From a virus, in IMG/VR virus record IMGVR_UViG_3300046373_000172, positions 23,476 to 87,475 of that record: a stretch of DNA of 64,000 bases; one strand, 5' to 3'. Below are positions 30,601 through 39,084 of this stretch, in pieces (positions within the stretch are counted from its first letter, which is position 1; each line of letters opens with the position of its first letter). Below the pieces are notes generated by a model. The model saw nothing but the letters and a program-made list of their open reading frames with translations. It searched no databases and was not told where the DNA came from. The translations under genes were made by a program, and so were the position numbers.

Positions 30601-33600
30601 GGCCTTGAACTCGTCCCGGGTCTTCGGAATGGACGTCAGCCCAAGGGTGCCCAGGGCGTCGTCCATCTGCTTGGACACGGGCGCCAGCTGCTCGGCTTGC
30701 GTCAGGTAGTTCGTGGCGTAGGACGTCATCGTCTGCGACAGCGCGTCAAGCCCGCCGGACAGGTTGATGAAGTCCTCGCGCGCCTTGATCGAGGCGATAC
30801 CGGCGTTGCCGAAGGCTTCCTTGCCGGTCTTGCCCAGCAACTGCGCGATCGTGTCAGTCGACTTGAAGTTGCCCGACAGGCGCTGCAGCGTAGCGCTGGC
30901 CGCCTCGCCCTGCTTGGCGAAGTCGGCGATGTTCGGGATCAGCTTGGCCGACATCTCGTCGCCGATCGTGGTGAACATGGCCGTCACCGCTGCTTGGTTC
31001 TTGCTGAGATCTTCAGCCGCGGCTGCTGCAACTTCCTCTGGCGTTTTATTCGAAGCCCTGGCCTGCGCTTCCGCGTTATTCGTCAGACGCACGTCGAACT
31101 TGCTGGTGTAGCCCTGCAGCGGCGCGGCACTCACACCAAGCTGCTTGGCGTAGTTCTCGGCTGCCGTCTTCAGTTCGGTGAAGGTGGCCACCAGCGTGTT
31201 TTTGATGTCCGCCGGGATGTCCTGAGATAGGGCCGTACGCTTGTCGCTACGGAACCAGCCACCCTTCTCCAGGATGTTCTGATACGCTTCGCCGCCGACG
31301 GCCGACTCTCCGACCACACCGCGGATACCGGCGCTCTCCAGCGTCGGGTTTTGACGGCCGAACAGTTTGGCGATGGTGGACTGGCCCGACAGGATGTTGG
31401 CCGCCGTATTGCTCATCCCAAGTGCTCGGTGGAAGCTGTCCAGCGCCATGATGCCGCTGCCCAGCACCTGGCCCGTGCCACTTACCGTGCCGTTGTGCGT
31501 GTCCCAGCCCTGGGCATACAGGCCCTTGGCGGCGGACATGCCGGCGATGATCCAGCCGATGATCGGGATGGCCGAAGAAGCGCTGGCGCCGGCGGACAGA
31601 CCGCCGGCGGCGGCAGCACCGCTCTCGGCCGCGGCCGTGCCGGCCGTCAGCTTGATCGCCATCGCGGCGGCTTCGGCGACTTCCTGCGTGGTCATCGACG
31701 AGGCCATACCGGCGCCGAACGAGCTGACCGTCGACGAGGCGGCGCCGGTGAAGCCCATTGAGGAGCCTACGCCACTGATCAGGCCGCCCAGACTGCTGGA
31801 GACGCCGCCGGCGAAGCCGTCGTAGATCGACTTGCCGATCGACAGCCAGTTGCCGGCCGCGCCGAAGGAAGCCAGGCCAGTCGTCGTGCCGCCGCTCAAA
31901 GCCGTGGCAGCATTGGCCGCCATCTGGCCCGACACGCTCTCGCTGATCGACGCGCCGATGTTGATGATCCAGCGTTTCACAGTCAGCTGGTACAGCATCT
32001 CCATGATGCTGGTCTTGAGCACCTTGCCGATCTTCTTGAAGATGCTCTCGCCGTCGGTGCCGACCTTCATCCAGGCGTCGTGCGCCGTCTTCTCGAAGTT
32101 CTTCCAGACGTCGTCCCACACACTGCCAAAAGCGTTGGCCGCCTTGATCGTCTCCTTGTTCAGCGTCGCCACGGCCTTGCCGGCAGCGGCAGCCTTCTTG
32201 GCCAGGTCAGCGTCGTCAGGGCTGGCGTCCGCCAACTCCTTCAACTCGACGACCATCGCCTTCAGGGCCGGGATCATCTTGGCCTGGATATCAGTCGCCG
32301 CTTCCTCCAGCCCAAGCAGTCCGGAAATGCCACCGTCGGCCGACGCAGCGGCTTTAGCCTCGGCCAGCTTCTCCTGCACCTGCGTGAGCGCGGCGTCGAA
32401 GCCCGACTTGTTCATGTCGAAGACGGCGGTCTTCTCGCCGGAGTCCCGCTGCTCAAGGAGGTGCCGCAGCCGCACGGTTTCCGCCAGCTTAGCGTTGTAG
32501 GCCGACAACTTGGCAACGTCTTGCAGGTCCAGCATAAAAGCTTTTCCCGCGTCCTCCAGGTTCAGCTTTGCCAGGTCTGCCTCGATGCCGGCAATCTCCT
32601 TGCCGTAAGTCGCCTGAAACTTAGCAAGGTAAGCCTGCTGCAGGTCGCCCTTCTTCGCGTACATCTCAGCGTCAGACTCAAGGTTCTTCTTGATCAGCCC
32701 GTCGGTGTAAGACTGTTCGGCGATCAGGTACTGCTGCTCCAACTCCCTGGATTTGGCTTTGGCTCCTTCGGCCACGCCGTAGGCTTTTTGTTGGGCGGCG
32801 CGCTTCTTCTCGACACCATCCAGCAGCTTGGCCTCTTCCATGGCCGTCAGGTAAAGCTGCGCCTGCTTGTCCTTTTCCAGCGCCAGTGTCTGCTTCAGGA
32901 AGTCAATCTCCCCGACACGTCCAGCGTTGTGATCGGACTTCAGCTTGAAAGCCTCGGTCGTACGCTGGAGCTCTGCGATACGCTTCAGGGTTTCCAGCTT
33001 CTCCTTGTCGACACCCAGCTCCTGCATGTCGGTCTTCGCTGGTGCTGGCTTGAGCAGGTCGTTGTACTCGCGGCGCGTGACGTTGTAGGCCGCCAGCGCC
33101 TGCTCGTAGGTGTAAGTCTTACTCGCCAGCTTCTCCAGGATCCCAAGGGCACTCTTGGCCTTCTCTTGCGCGGCCGTGGTGATCCCGTCCGTCACCGGCA
33201 CGATCAGGCCCTCCTTCGTGGTCAAGGTGTCGCCGCGGTGCGCCAACTCTTCCAGCTGGTCCATCAGCGCCTTCAAGGAGGTCGCCGACTTCTGCGTCGA
33301 CATGCTCTCGGTGCGATGCTTCTCCAGCTTATCCAGCTTGTCGTAAATCTCTTGCGCCGCCTCATATTGCTTGCGCAGACCCTCGACGTGCGCCACCATC
33401 ATCGCCGTCGAGGTATCGGAGTCCTGCTTCACCTGCAGGCGCGACTGCGCTGCGTCGTACGCCAGGCGGAGTTCCTGTGCACGGTCGCGGGCGTCCTGCA
33501 CCGTCGAGATCTCGCCGGCAGGCGCGCGGTACGTTGTGCCCAGAGTCAGTTTGTTGCGCTTCTCGATCTCCTCTTGCAAGGCGGCGTTGCGCTTGTCCAG

Positions 33601-36117
33601 TGCTTCCGTCTCGTTGTGCAGCATCTCGATCCGGTTCTCGGTCGAGTTCTTGATGCGGGTGTCGTTGTTGGCCGTCTTGTCCGTCTCGTAGTTGTACAGA
33701 GACCACGCCAGCGTGGCAGCACCGATCGCCAGCCCAAGTGGGCCGAGCACCCCGAGCGCCGCGCGCGCGGTGACGCCGAACACGGCGGTCAGGCTCTCGG
33801 CAGCGATGATGCCGCGGTTGTAGACCGCCACGGCCGCCGTGAGAGAACCCCACAGCGCGGGAATCCCTGCCATCGCGGCGTAGGCGGCCACCATCATACC
33901 GATCGAGGCGACGTTGTCGACCAGGGCTTTCGTCACACCGATCGCCGTTACGGCTAGGCCAGATAGCAGACGGACAGCGCCCTCGCTGCGCGCGACAGCC
34001 GCCAGCTGATCCACCAGGCTCTGCAGCGCCGGGGAAGCATCGGAAAAGGCATGCACGAAAGTGGCCGAGGCGCTGTTGCGCAGCCGGCGGAAGGCGCCCT
34101 CGCTGGTGTCCTCCAACTTGATCACGGCGTCCGACATAAACCCGGTCGCGTCCTGGCTCTCCTTCAGCTTTTTGCTGTAGTCATCTAGGTTGGCCAGGAT
34201 CGTGGCCATACCCTTGGTCGCCTTCTTGGTGCCGATGTCCGACAGGAATCCGGCCTGCGCCGACTCGCTGTACTGCGACAGAGCGTTGCGCAGGTCGAGC
34301 AGCACAGCGGTGGAGTTGCGCAACTCGCCGTTGGCCTCTTGCGTGTCCACTTTCAAGATCTTCAGCGCTTTGGCAGCGCCGGCTGTCGGCGTGTACAGGC
34401 TGTCAAGCATACTGCGATACGCCGTACCGGCCGCCGAGCCAGTGATGTTGATCTTGGCCAGGGTGCCCAGGCCGGCCGCCACCTCTTCGATCGAGACGTG
34501 GTACATCGAGGCCACCGTGGAGGCCTGCTTCAACGACTCGGTCAGCGCCGCCACCGAAGTGTTCGAGGCCGCAGCCGTCTTGGCCAGAATGTCGCCGACG
34601 CGCCCAACCTCGGTCACCTGCAGGTTAAACGCCGACAGGGCGCCGGTGGCGGCCAACGCGGCGGCCTCGACGCCCATCTCACCGATGACCGCCAGGTTCA
34701 GCACTTCCGGCAGTACGGAAAGCGAGTCCTTCACGGACAGGCCGTTCTGGGCCAGCGCGCGCATACCTTCAGCGGCCTCCTTGACACTGGCCACCGTACC
34801 GGCCGTGATGTGCAGGAAGTCCTCGATCGGTACAGCCTCTTTGGACAAAGCGGCGACGAACTGCAGCTGGTACTCGACGTCCTTGCCGACTTCAACAATC
34901 TGGCGCAGCGAGCCGGCGATGGCGGCGCCGGCGGCGATCGGGATCAGGGATCCATAGGTCAGCCACAAGCCACCCAGGCTGCCAGACAGGCCGCGCGCGA
35001 AGGCGTGCGCCTCGTTCATGGCGGCGTTGTGGTGCTCGATGGCGTCTTGTGACTTCTTCACCTGCTCCGGCAGTGAGGCGTATTGCGCGCGCAGGGCGGC
35101 GATGTCCGCCGTGGCGGCGCTGCTGCCGAACTTCTGAGTGGCGTTGCCGCCCATATTGGAGTAGACCGCCGCCTTCTCGGCCGCCGCGATCTGCTGGGCC
35201 AGGCTGGAAGTCAGGAAATTCGTGTTCAGGACGCGCTGCTTCTCCAGTCCGGCTTCCCGGATGTGGTACAGCTCCATCTCCTGCAGCTGCGCCGCCTCGA
35301 CTTCCTTGGCTTTGGTGGCCAAGCTGTCCTGCAGCCGCTTGTGGTTCAGCGTGTCTTCGAACTCGATGCGCTTACGCAGCAGCGCCGCGCGCTGGTTCTC
35401 CGCCGCGATGTCGGCTTCGAGGATCTTTTCGTTGGTGGCGATCTCTTCGCTGACGCGCTTGAGCTGGATCGTGTCCTGCAATTCGATGCGCTTCTTCAGC
35501 GCGTTGGCGCGCGCGTTCTCCGAGGCGATGTCCGCCTCCAAGAGTTTTTCGTTGGTAGCGATCTCGGCCTGCAGGCGCTGGTGTCCCAGGGTATCTTCGA
35601 ACTCGATGCGCTTCTTCAGGACGGAGGCGCGCGCATTCTCAGCGGCGATTTCGCTTTCCAGTTGGGCGTCGTGGAACTTGTTGGCCGAGGCCAGCTGACG
35701 TGCTTCGTGCGCCAAGGTGTCGGCTTCCTGCTTGGCCCAGAACTTGTTCGACATGACGACGATGCGATCGCCCTGGGCGGCCAGCGCCGCCTCGTACTTG
35801 TCGTACGTCTCCTGCTGCAACTTGAGCTTGCGGTCGGCATCGGCCTTCTCTTGCGCCAGCAGCTTCTCGGACTCAGTCTTGCGCTTTTGACGGATCTTGG
35901 TGTCGAAATCGCCCAGCTGCATCTCGATGCTTTTGAAGCCCATCGTGACCTGGGTCTGCATGTCCTTGAACTGCTTGGACAGGTCGTCCGGGCCGCGGGA
36001 CAGGCCCAGGCCATCAAAACCCTTGTGCAGCTGCTCGACCGCCGCCGTCAACTCCTTGATCGCGGCAAGGCTGTCGACCTGTACTTGGAGGATGATTGGA
36101 TCAGTAGGCTCGCTCAT
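27646..36117 (-). CDS. tape measure protein (2823 aa)
   Basis: Ala-rich helical repeats, TMP core (GITGSAAGTA-like), C-terminal HASG..VPRDNY.A.LH.GE.VL; follows tail chaperone. Confidence 0.93.
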   Translation of the reverse strand: MSEPTDPIILQVQVDSLAAIKELTAAVEQLHKGFDGLGLSRGPDDLSKQFKDMQTQVTMGFKSIEMQLGDFDTKIRQKRKTESEKLLAQEKADADRKLKLQQETYDKYEAALAAQGDRIVVMSNKFWAKQEADTLAHEARQLASANKFHDAQLESEIAAENARASVLKKRIEFEDTLGHQRLQAEIATNEKLLEADIASENARANALKKRIELQDTIQLKRVSEEIATNEKILEADIAAENQRAALLRKRIEFEDTLNHKRLQDSLATKAKEVEAAQLQEMELYHIREAGLEKQRVLNTNFLTSSLAQQIAAAEKAAVYSNMGGNATQKFGSSAATADIAALRAQYASLPEQVKKSQDAIEHHNAAMNEAHAFARGLSGSLGGLWLTYGSLIPIAAGAAIAGSLRQIVEVGKDVEYQLQFVAALSKEAVPIEDFLHITAGTVASVKEAAEGMRALAQNGLSVKDSLSVLPEVLNLAVIGEMGVEAAALAATGALSAFNLQVTEVGRVGDILAKTAAASNTSVAALTESLKQASTVASMYHVSIEEVAAGLGTLAKINITGSAAGTAYRSMLDSLYTPTAGAAKALKILKVDTQEANGELRNSTAVLLDLRNALSQYSESAQAGFLSDIGTKKATKGMATILANLDDYSKKLKESQDATGFMSDAVIKLEDTSEGAFRRLRNSASATFVHAFSDASPALQSLVDQLAAVARSEGAVRLLSGLAVTAIGVTKALVDNVASIGMMVAAYAAMAGIPALWGSLTAAVAVYNRGIIAAESLTAVFGVTARAALGVLGPLGLAIGAATLAWSLYNYETDKTANNDTRIKNSTENRIEMLHNETEALDKRNAALQEEIEKRNKLTLGTTYRAPAGEISTVQDARDRAQELRLAYDAAQSRLQVKQDSDTSTAMMVAHVEGLRKQYEAAQEIYDKLDKLEKHRTESMSTQKSATSLKALMDQLEELAHRGDTLTTKEGLIVPVTDGITTAAQEKAKSALGILEKLASKTYTYEQALAAYNVTRREYNDLLKPAPAKTDMQELGVDKEKLETLKRIAELQRTTEAFKLKSDHNAGRVGEIDFLKQTLALEKDKQAQLYLTAMEEAKLLDGVEKKRAAQQKAYGVAEGAKAKSRELEQQYLIAEQSYTDGLIKKNLESDAEMYAKKGDLQQAYLAKFQATYGKEIAGIEADLAKLNLEDAGKAFMLDLQDVAKLSAYNAKLAETVRLRHLLEQRDSGEKTAVFDMNKSGFDAALTQVQEKLAEAKAAASADGGISGLLGLEEAATDIQAKMIPALKAMVVELKELADASPDDADLAKKAAAAGKAVATLNKETIKAANAFGSVWDDVWKNFEKTAHDAWMKVGTDGESIFKKIGKVLKTSIMEMLYQLTVKRWIINIGASISESVSGQMAANAATALSGGTTTGLASFGAAGNWLSIGKSIYDGFAGGVSSSLGGLISGVGSSMGFTGAASSTVSSFGAGMASSMTTQEVAEAAAMAIKLTAGTAAAESGAAAAGGLSAGASASSAIPIIGWIIAGMSAAKGLYAQGWDTHNGTVSGTGQVLGSGIMALDSFHRALGMSNTAANILSGQSTIAKLFGRQNPTLESAGIRGVVGESAVGGEAYQNILEKGGWFRSDKRTALSQDIPADIKNTLVATFTELKTAAENYAKQLGVSAAPLQGYTSKFDVRLTNNAEAQARASNKTPEEVAAAAAEDLSKNQAAVTAMFTTIGDEMSAKLIPNIADFAKQGEAASATLQRLSGNFKSTDTIAQLLGKTGKEAFGNAGIASIKAREDFINLSGGLDALSQTMTSYATNYLTQAEQLAPVSKQMDDALGTLGLTSIPKTRDEFKALVSGLDLTDSSQVKTFNSLMQLQDGFAQLHPAIAATGAAAMTMVEILDQGKTLQDQYDEATMTSQQLKDKERLTINSANVALYDSLQIKLAEKKATEDHNTVLGLQAQMYGTLKDEAGAARVLEEQHTIALKDMSPALQAASKDLWAVEKAEKARNAELAHTASMLDYMGQYAEATGDKLLAAQVAQVQFNQSIQDLAPDLQVMATKANDAKLATKAANEETAKNNSILGYQAQLYAATGEKALAAAVAQKQFEASVADLPDNIRAWANAAHEAEAKQTAANTRMENHNTLLGFQARLYAATNDKVMAAKVAHEQFEISIKDLTPVLKTAARAANDAEIALKAKNEKDAETSTLLGLQMDQYVASNSLIGQAIVLEKQRTFQLEHSTQAVQDQLKITWAAQDYAKELAKQQQETNGILDAQAQMYTALNDKANLAYVTEQQHKIALMEMTPALANATRKMWDVQAAAAAAAEALADQNSILDLQSQLYAATGNTAAAAATLQKQHTAALKLLNPAVAAATQILWNATELLTKLKDKASADFAVLNKAITTGKDAAKTAYDAQVKVLNDQKTAAKNSLDLQVKSSEDAITVKDDENKKLTTLASALKSTLDGMSVQAEAVADRIAGQAKIAAALTTFKTTGVAPDSEALAGALKAVAAPSEDMFKSYSDYLYDFQVTKNNLTELNDLTKGAVDTSDKNLKVAKDQLEELKKQTTASDDGFQKQLDELQKAYDLEVKGYDDQIKAAQDQLDVMNGTFVEVRSIKDALVAYNISVLAAIGAVSAAKTGTPIVTGGGSTGLPVTSTPTVIPSTGGTSTPVTPTTPAVTTPAGTNGATWIFGAAASSTNTAAALAILQAGGSSKAANREAAGIAGITAGELGAAQYLFFNPDGSHASGLWSVPRDNYRANLHAGEAVLPAHAAQAFRDYSSGSSNRAMEALMERVLGEISRFREEAAAGTYAMAKSLKNIEDIEDSWDKAGLPHERTEV

Positions 36118-36210
36118 GGTGGCTCCGGGTTTCTGGCAATCAAGAGTATAACCGGCAACGGTTGTTTCGCGGCAATTTTCGTGCCAGCAGGTAATTTCCT
36201 GCAGATAAAA

Positions 36211-36235
36211 TAAAAGCCCGCTCGTGGCGGGCTTT
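36211..36235 (-). terminator. intrinsic terminator after tail chaperone
   Basis: AAAGCCCGC / GCGGGCTTT stem followed by TTTTATTTTA on the minus strand. Confidence 0.8.
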
Positions 36236-36594
36236 CACTGCTTGGGTTTGGCGTCGCTGGCCTTGTTCTTTTTGGCCAGGTAGTCCAGGTACGTATCGTC
36301 CAGGTTGGTGATGTGATCGAACAGACGCCCGCGTTCTTCTACCTGACGGATCTCGAACAGGGTGCAGTAGGCCAGAATCTCAGACACCTTCAGGGGGAGC
36401 GGACCACCCATGCTGACATCCCGGCTACGGGCCAGGCGGTTGTACGCCTGGTAGTAATACCCAAGTCTGGAGGCCAGTTCCGGGCGTGACTCCAAGGCTT
36501 TGGGCGTCACGCCCGTCATTGCTTTGACCTCGATCAGGTGCTCAACGTGGCTTCCCCATTCGAGGTGCCACTGGAGGTAGGTTCGGAGTTTTTT
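36235..36594 (-). CDS. tail assembly chaperone C-terminal extension (gpGT-like, -1 frameshift)
   Basis: open -1 frame KLRTYLQWHLEWG...MTGVTPKALESRP from slippery A-AAA-AAC at 36594-36588. Confidence 0.85.
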   Translation of the reverse strand, partial: KKLRTYLQWHLEWGSHVEHLIEVKAMTGVTPKALESRPELASRLGYYYQAYNRLARSRDVSMGGPLPLKVSEILAYCTLFEIRQVEERGRLFDHITNLDDTYLDYLAKKNKASDAKPKQ

Positions 36595-36995
36595 TCGTCG
36601 ACCTCCTTCGACTTGGCCTGATAGTTGGACAGCTTGCTGGACTCGTTCGAGACCCAGTTGGCGAAGTCTTTGTGCGCCAGGATGGTCTTGGCGGAGAAGA
36701 TGTTGTATTCCAGCGGGGCGCCCTTGTAGGTGACGTTACCGCGCCAGCCCAGCAGGATCGACTTGGCCATCAGGTCGATGTTGATCTTGCGCGACAGGGC
36801 GGCCGAAGCGATCTGCTCGGCTTCGGTGTCTTTCGCGTCCAGGATCACCTTGTTGCCCTCGTACTGCACGTTCAGCATGCGGTTGTACTTCTCGTTGCCG
36901 CTGCGCGCGATCAGGAATTCAGCATCGCCCTTGGCGATCCACACGCCGTTTTCTTCAGCGTCCAGGTCGGTCGCGTAAAGTGCAAAAATATCCAT
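36534..36995 (-). CDS. tail assembly chaperone (gpG-like)
   Basis: MDIFALYATDLDAEENGVW...ILLGW; between tail tube and tape measure. Confidence 0.85.
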   Translation of the reverse strand: MDIFALYATDLDAEENGVWIAKGDAEFLIARSGNEKYNRMLNVQYEGNKVILDAKDTEAEQIASAALSRKINIDLMAKSILLGWRGNVTYKGAPLEYNIFSAKTILAHKDFANWVSNESSKLSNYQAKSKEVDEKNSEPTSSGTSNGEATLST

Positions 36996-37031
36996 GTGAT
37001 AACTTTCTGTGAGGTGGTTTGCGGAAACATG

Positions 37032-37060
37032 ATTATGCAGGGAAAGTTTCCGTGCGTCAA
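37032..37060 (-). promoter_or_regulatory. sigma70-like late promoter
   Basis: TTGACG-N17-CATAAT. Confidence 0.7.
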
Positions 37061-37116
37061 AGTAAAAGGCCGGGCATTTCTGCCCGGCCAGTACCACTTC
37101 CCCACCACGAGAACTG

Positions 37117-38346
37117 TTACGGTACGACGGCGACGCCGACGCGGTCAATGAAGAGGGTCTTGCGCAGCGCCGGCACGGCGTTGCCCAGGTCCTGGTATGC
37201 GGTGTAGTCGAACGATGCCATCAGATCGGAATCCTTGCCGCCGGCCTGGATCTTGGCGCCGGTCAGCTGGACTTTCGGGAACGTGAACACGTAGCCGTTG
37301 CCGTCCTTGTCCTGGGTCGACACCGTGATGCTGGTGTAGGTGTCGTTCAGGTACTTGGCGAACATCGAGCCGTCAGCGAAGTAGACTTCCAGCGTGCCCT
37401 TGGCCATGAAGGTACCGATGCCGGCGCCGACCATGCCCAAGTTGCCGATCGCTTCCTGCGCGCGCAGCGCGGAATCGATGTCGAGGCTCATCGACTTAAT
37501 GTAGGTGCCGGTCAGCGGCGAGCCGCCTTCCCAGATGTTGCCGACGCCACGGACACCATTCTGGATGTCGTACGGCAGCGAGGCGGTAGCGGCGGCCGGG
37601 AACTGGGTCGCGCTCTCGTCCAGGAGCATATCCTTACCGATGAACGAGAAGGTGCCGTCCGTCAGCGCCGACGAGGCGAAGCTGGTTGAGAACTTCGACA
37701 CATACATGCCGCGGTAGGCGAAGAACGAACTGGTGTCGGCCGACTCGCGCTGCAGCGTGAAGCTGGTCAGCGTGACGCCGTTCGCGGCGCGCGAGGACTG
37801 CACGACGCACAGGGCGACACCGGAAGCGGCGACGCCTGGCGTATTGGTATCGAGCGTGATGACGGTCGAGGTCGGCGCAGTGACGGTCGAGACGCGGAAC
37901 AGCTTGCCGTTGTTGGCAGCGTTGCCTGGCGCGACCAGGCGGAACCACTGGCCCTTGGCCAAGGCGGTAAAGATGCTCGAACCCGAGGTCGCTACCGAGG
38001 CGGTAATGGTCGTGGTCGTGATGTCCGCCGTAAACGTGGCGCCGACGCCGTTGGTGCCGAAAGCCACCCACGCGGTACGCATGACGGAGGCGAACAGCGG
38101 GTCGTACTCGCCGTACTGCATGTGGATCTTGATGTCGCCGGACGCGGCGGCGTTGACCGTCGTGCTGGAGGTCAGCTGCGCGGAGCTGTTGATTTCCTTG
38201 TCATTCTCTTTCGTTAGCTGGAAATCCAACGATTCGCCGGTCATGCGTAGGTTTTTCGGCACGCCGGTGACCGGAATTACAGCAAAATCGGCTTCCGGCA
38301 TGTACGACATTTGCACCAGGTTGTTTGAGGCGAGGACGACAGTCAT
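37117..38346 (-). CDS. major tail tube protein
   Basis: LRMTGESL, GTLEVYF, KDGNGYVFTFPKV; position upstream of chaperone. Confidence 0.88.
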   Translation of the reverse strand: MTVVLASNNLVQMSYMPEADFAVIPVTGVPKNLRMTGESLDFQLTKENDKEINSSAQLTSSTTVNAAASGDIKIHMQYGEYDPLFASVMRTAWVAFGTNGVGATFTADITTTTITASVATSGSSIFTALAKGQWFRLVAPGNAANNGKLFRVSTVTAPTSTVITLDTNTPGVAASGVALCVVQSSRAANGVTLTSFTLQRESADTSSFFAYRGMYVSKFSTSFASSALTDGTFSFIGKDMLLDESATQFPAAATASLPYDIQNGVRGVGNIWEGGSPLTGTYIKSMSLDIDSALRAQEAIGNLGMVGAGIGTFMAKGTLEVYFADGSMFAKYLNDTYTSITVSTQDKDGNGYVFTFPKVQLTGAKIQAGGKDSDLMASFDYTAYQDLGNAVPALRKTLFIDRVGVAVVP

Positions 38347-38412
38347 GTTATTGCTCCCAGTAAATTTCCAAGGAGCATATCACTTGCCTGTGGACAAGTG
38401 TGCCGAGTTTGA

Positions 38413-38832
38413 CTATTTGCTCTGACGGTGGTACCAATAGTCGATAATGGCCGGCGTATAGTGCCAACCTTTGAGGTCGTGCGGCTCGGTGGCAACCACG
38501 GCATGGCAACGCACCGGGCCTACAGTCTTCATGTCAAAGTAGTCGGTAAGGAAGTCCAGCAGCGCGTCGGCGCCGGCCGCGCCAGTGCCAACCCGCGCCG
38601 CGGCATACAACAGGATCTGGCCGCGCTGCTCGACCAGCGGCCGGGCGCCGATGTCAGCCTGCCCGCCCCCCATAGGTACGATCTGCACGCTCAGGTACGG
38701 GTAGCTTTGCGTGGCCTGATCGACGACGTCACGGTTGTCCAACTCGACCACCAGTGGGTAGGCAGTCCAGTCAGTCTGGATCTGCTTCAGCACGGCTTGG
38801 ATCGCCGCGCGCGCGTCTGTTAAATGTCCCAT
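38413..38832 (-). CDS. tail terminator protein
   Basis: GGAGG RBS; size and position before tail tube; PYLSVQI, GTG motifs. Confidence 0.7.
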   Translation of the reverse strand: MGHLTDARAAIQAVLKQIQTDWTAYPLVVELDNRDVVDQATQSYPYLSVQIVPMGGGQADIGARPLVEQRGQILLYAAARVGTGAAGADALLDFLTDYFDMKTVGPVRCHAVVATEPHDLKGWHYTPAIIDYWYHRQSK

Positions 38833-38872
38833 GATTCCTCCATGCAATGATTATCGCACGGAAAGAAAGTGC

Positions 38873-38901
38873 TTGCGTAATGTCCTGCATTGTCCTACAA
38901 T
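38873..38901 (+). promoter_or_regulatory. sigma70-like promoter with direct-repeat operator
   Basis: TTGCGT-N17-TACAAT; TGTCCTGCA / TGTCCTACA repeat in spacer and -10. Confidence 0.7.
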
Positions 38902-38922
38902 AGAAACTCACCAGGAGAGACC

Positions 38923-39084
38923 ATGAAAACCCAACCCGTCACCACACCCTACACCCTAAGAATTCCCGCTGACTTGCGGCAGCAGGCCGAAGCCCAGGCC
39001 GCCGCCGAACAGCGCACGCTGAGTGGGCTGATCCGTCTGCTGCTGATCGAACACTTGAAGAAAGTTGCTGATGGCAAAGCTTGA
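38923..39084 (+). CDS. Arc/CopG-like ribbon-helix-helix DNA-binding protein
   Basis: AGGAG RBS; YTLRIPADL...AAAEQRTLSGLIRLLL. Confidence 0.85.
   Translation: MKTQPVTTPYTLRIPADLRQQAEAQAAAEQRTLSGLIRLLLIEHLKKVADGKA

Noticed and set aside
27550-31230. 1226-aa plus-strand ORF
   Set aside because: Antisense shadow of the tape measure gene caused by high-GC codon bias; no RBS or domain.
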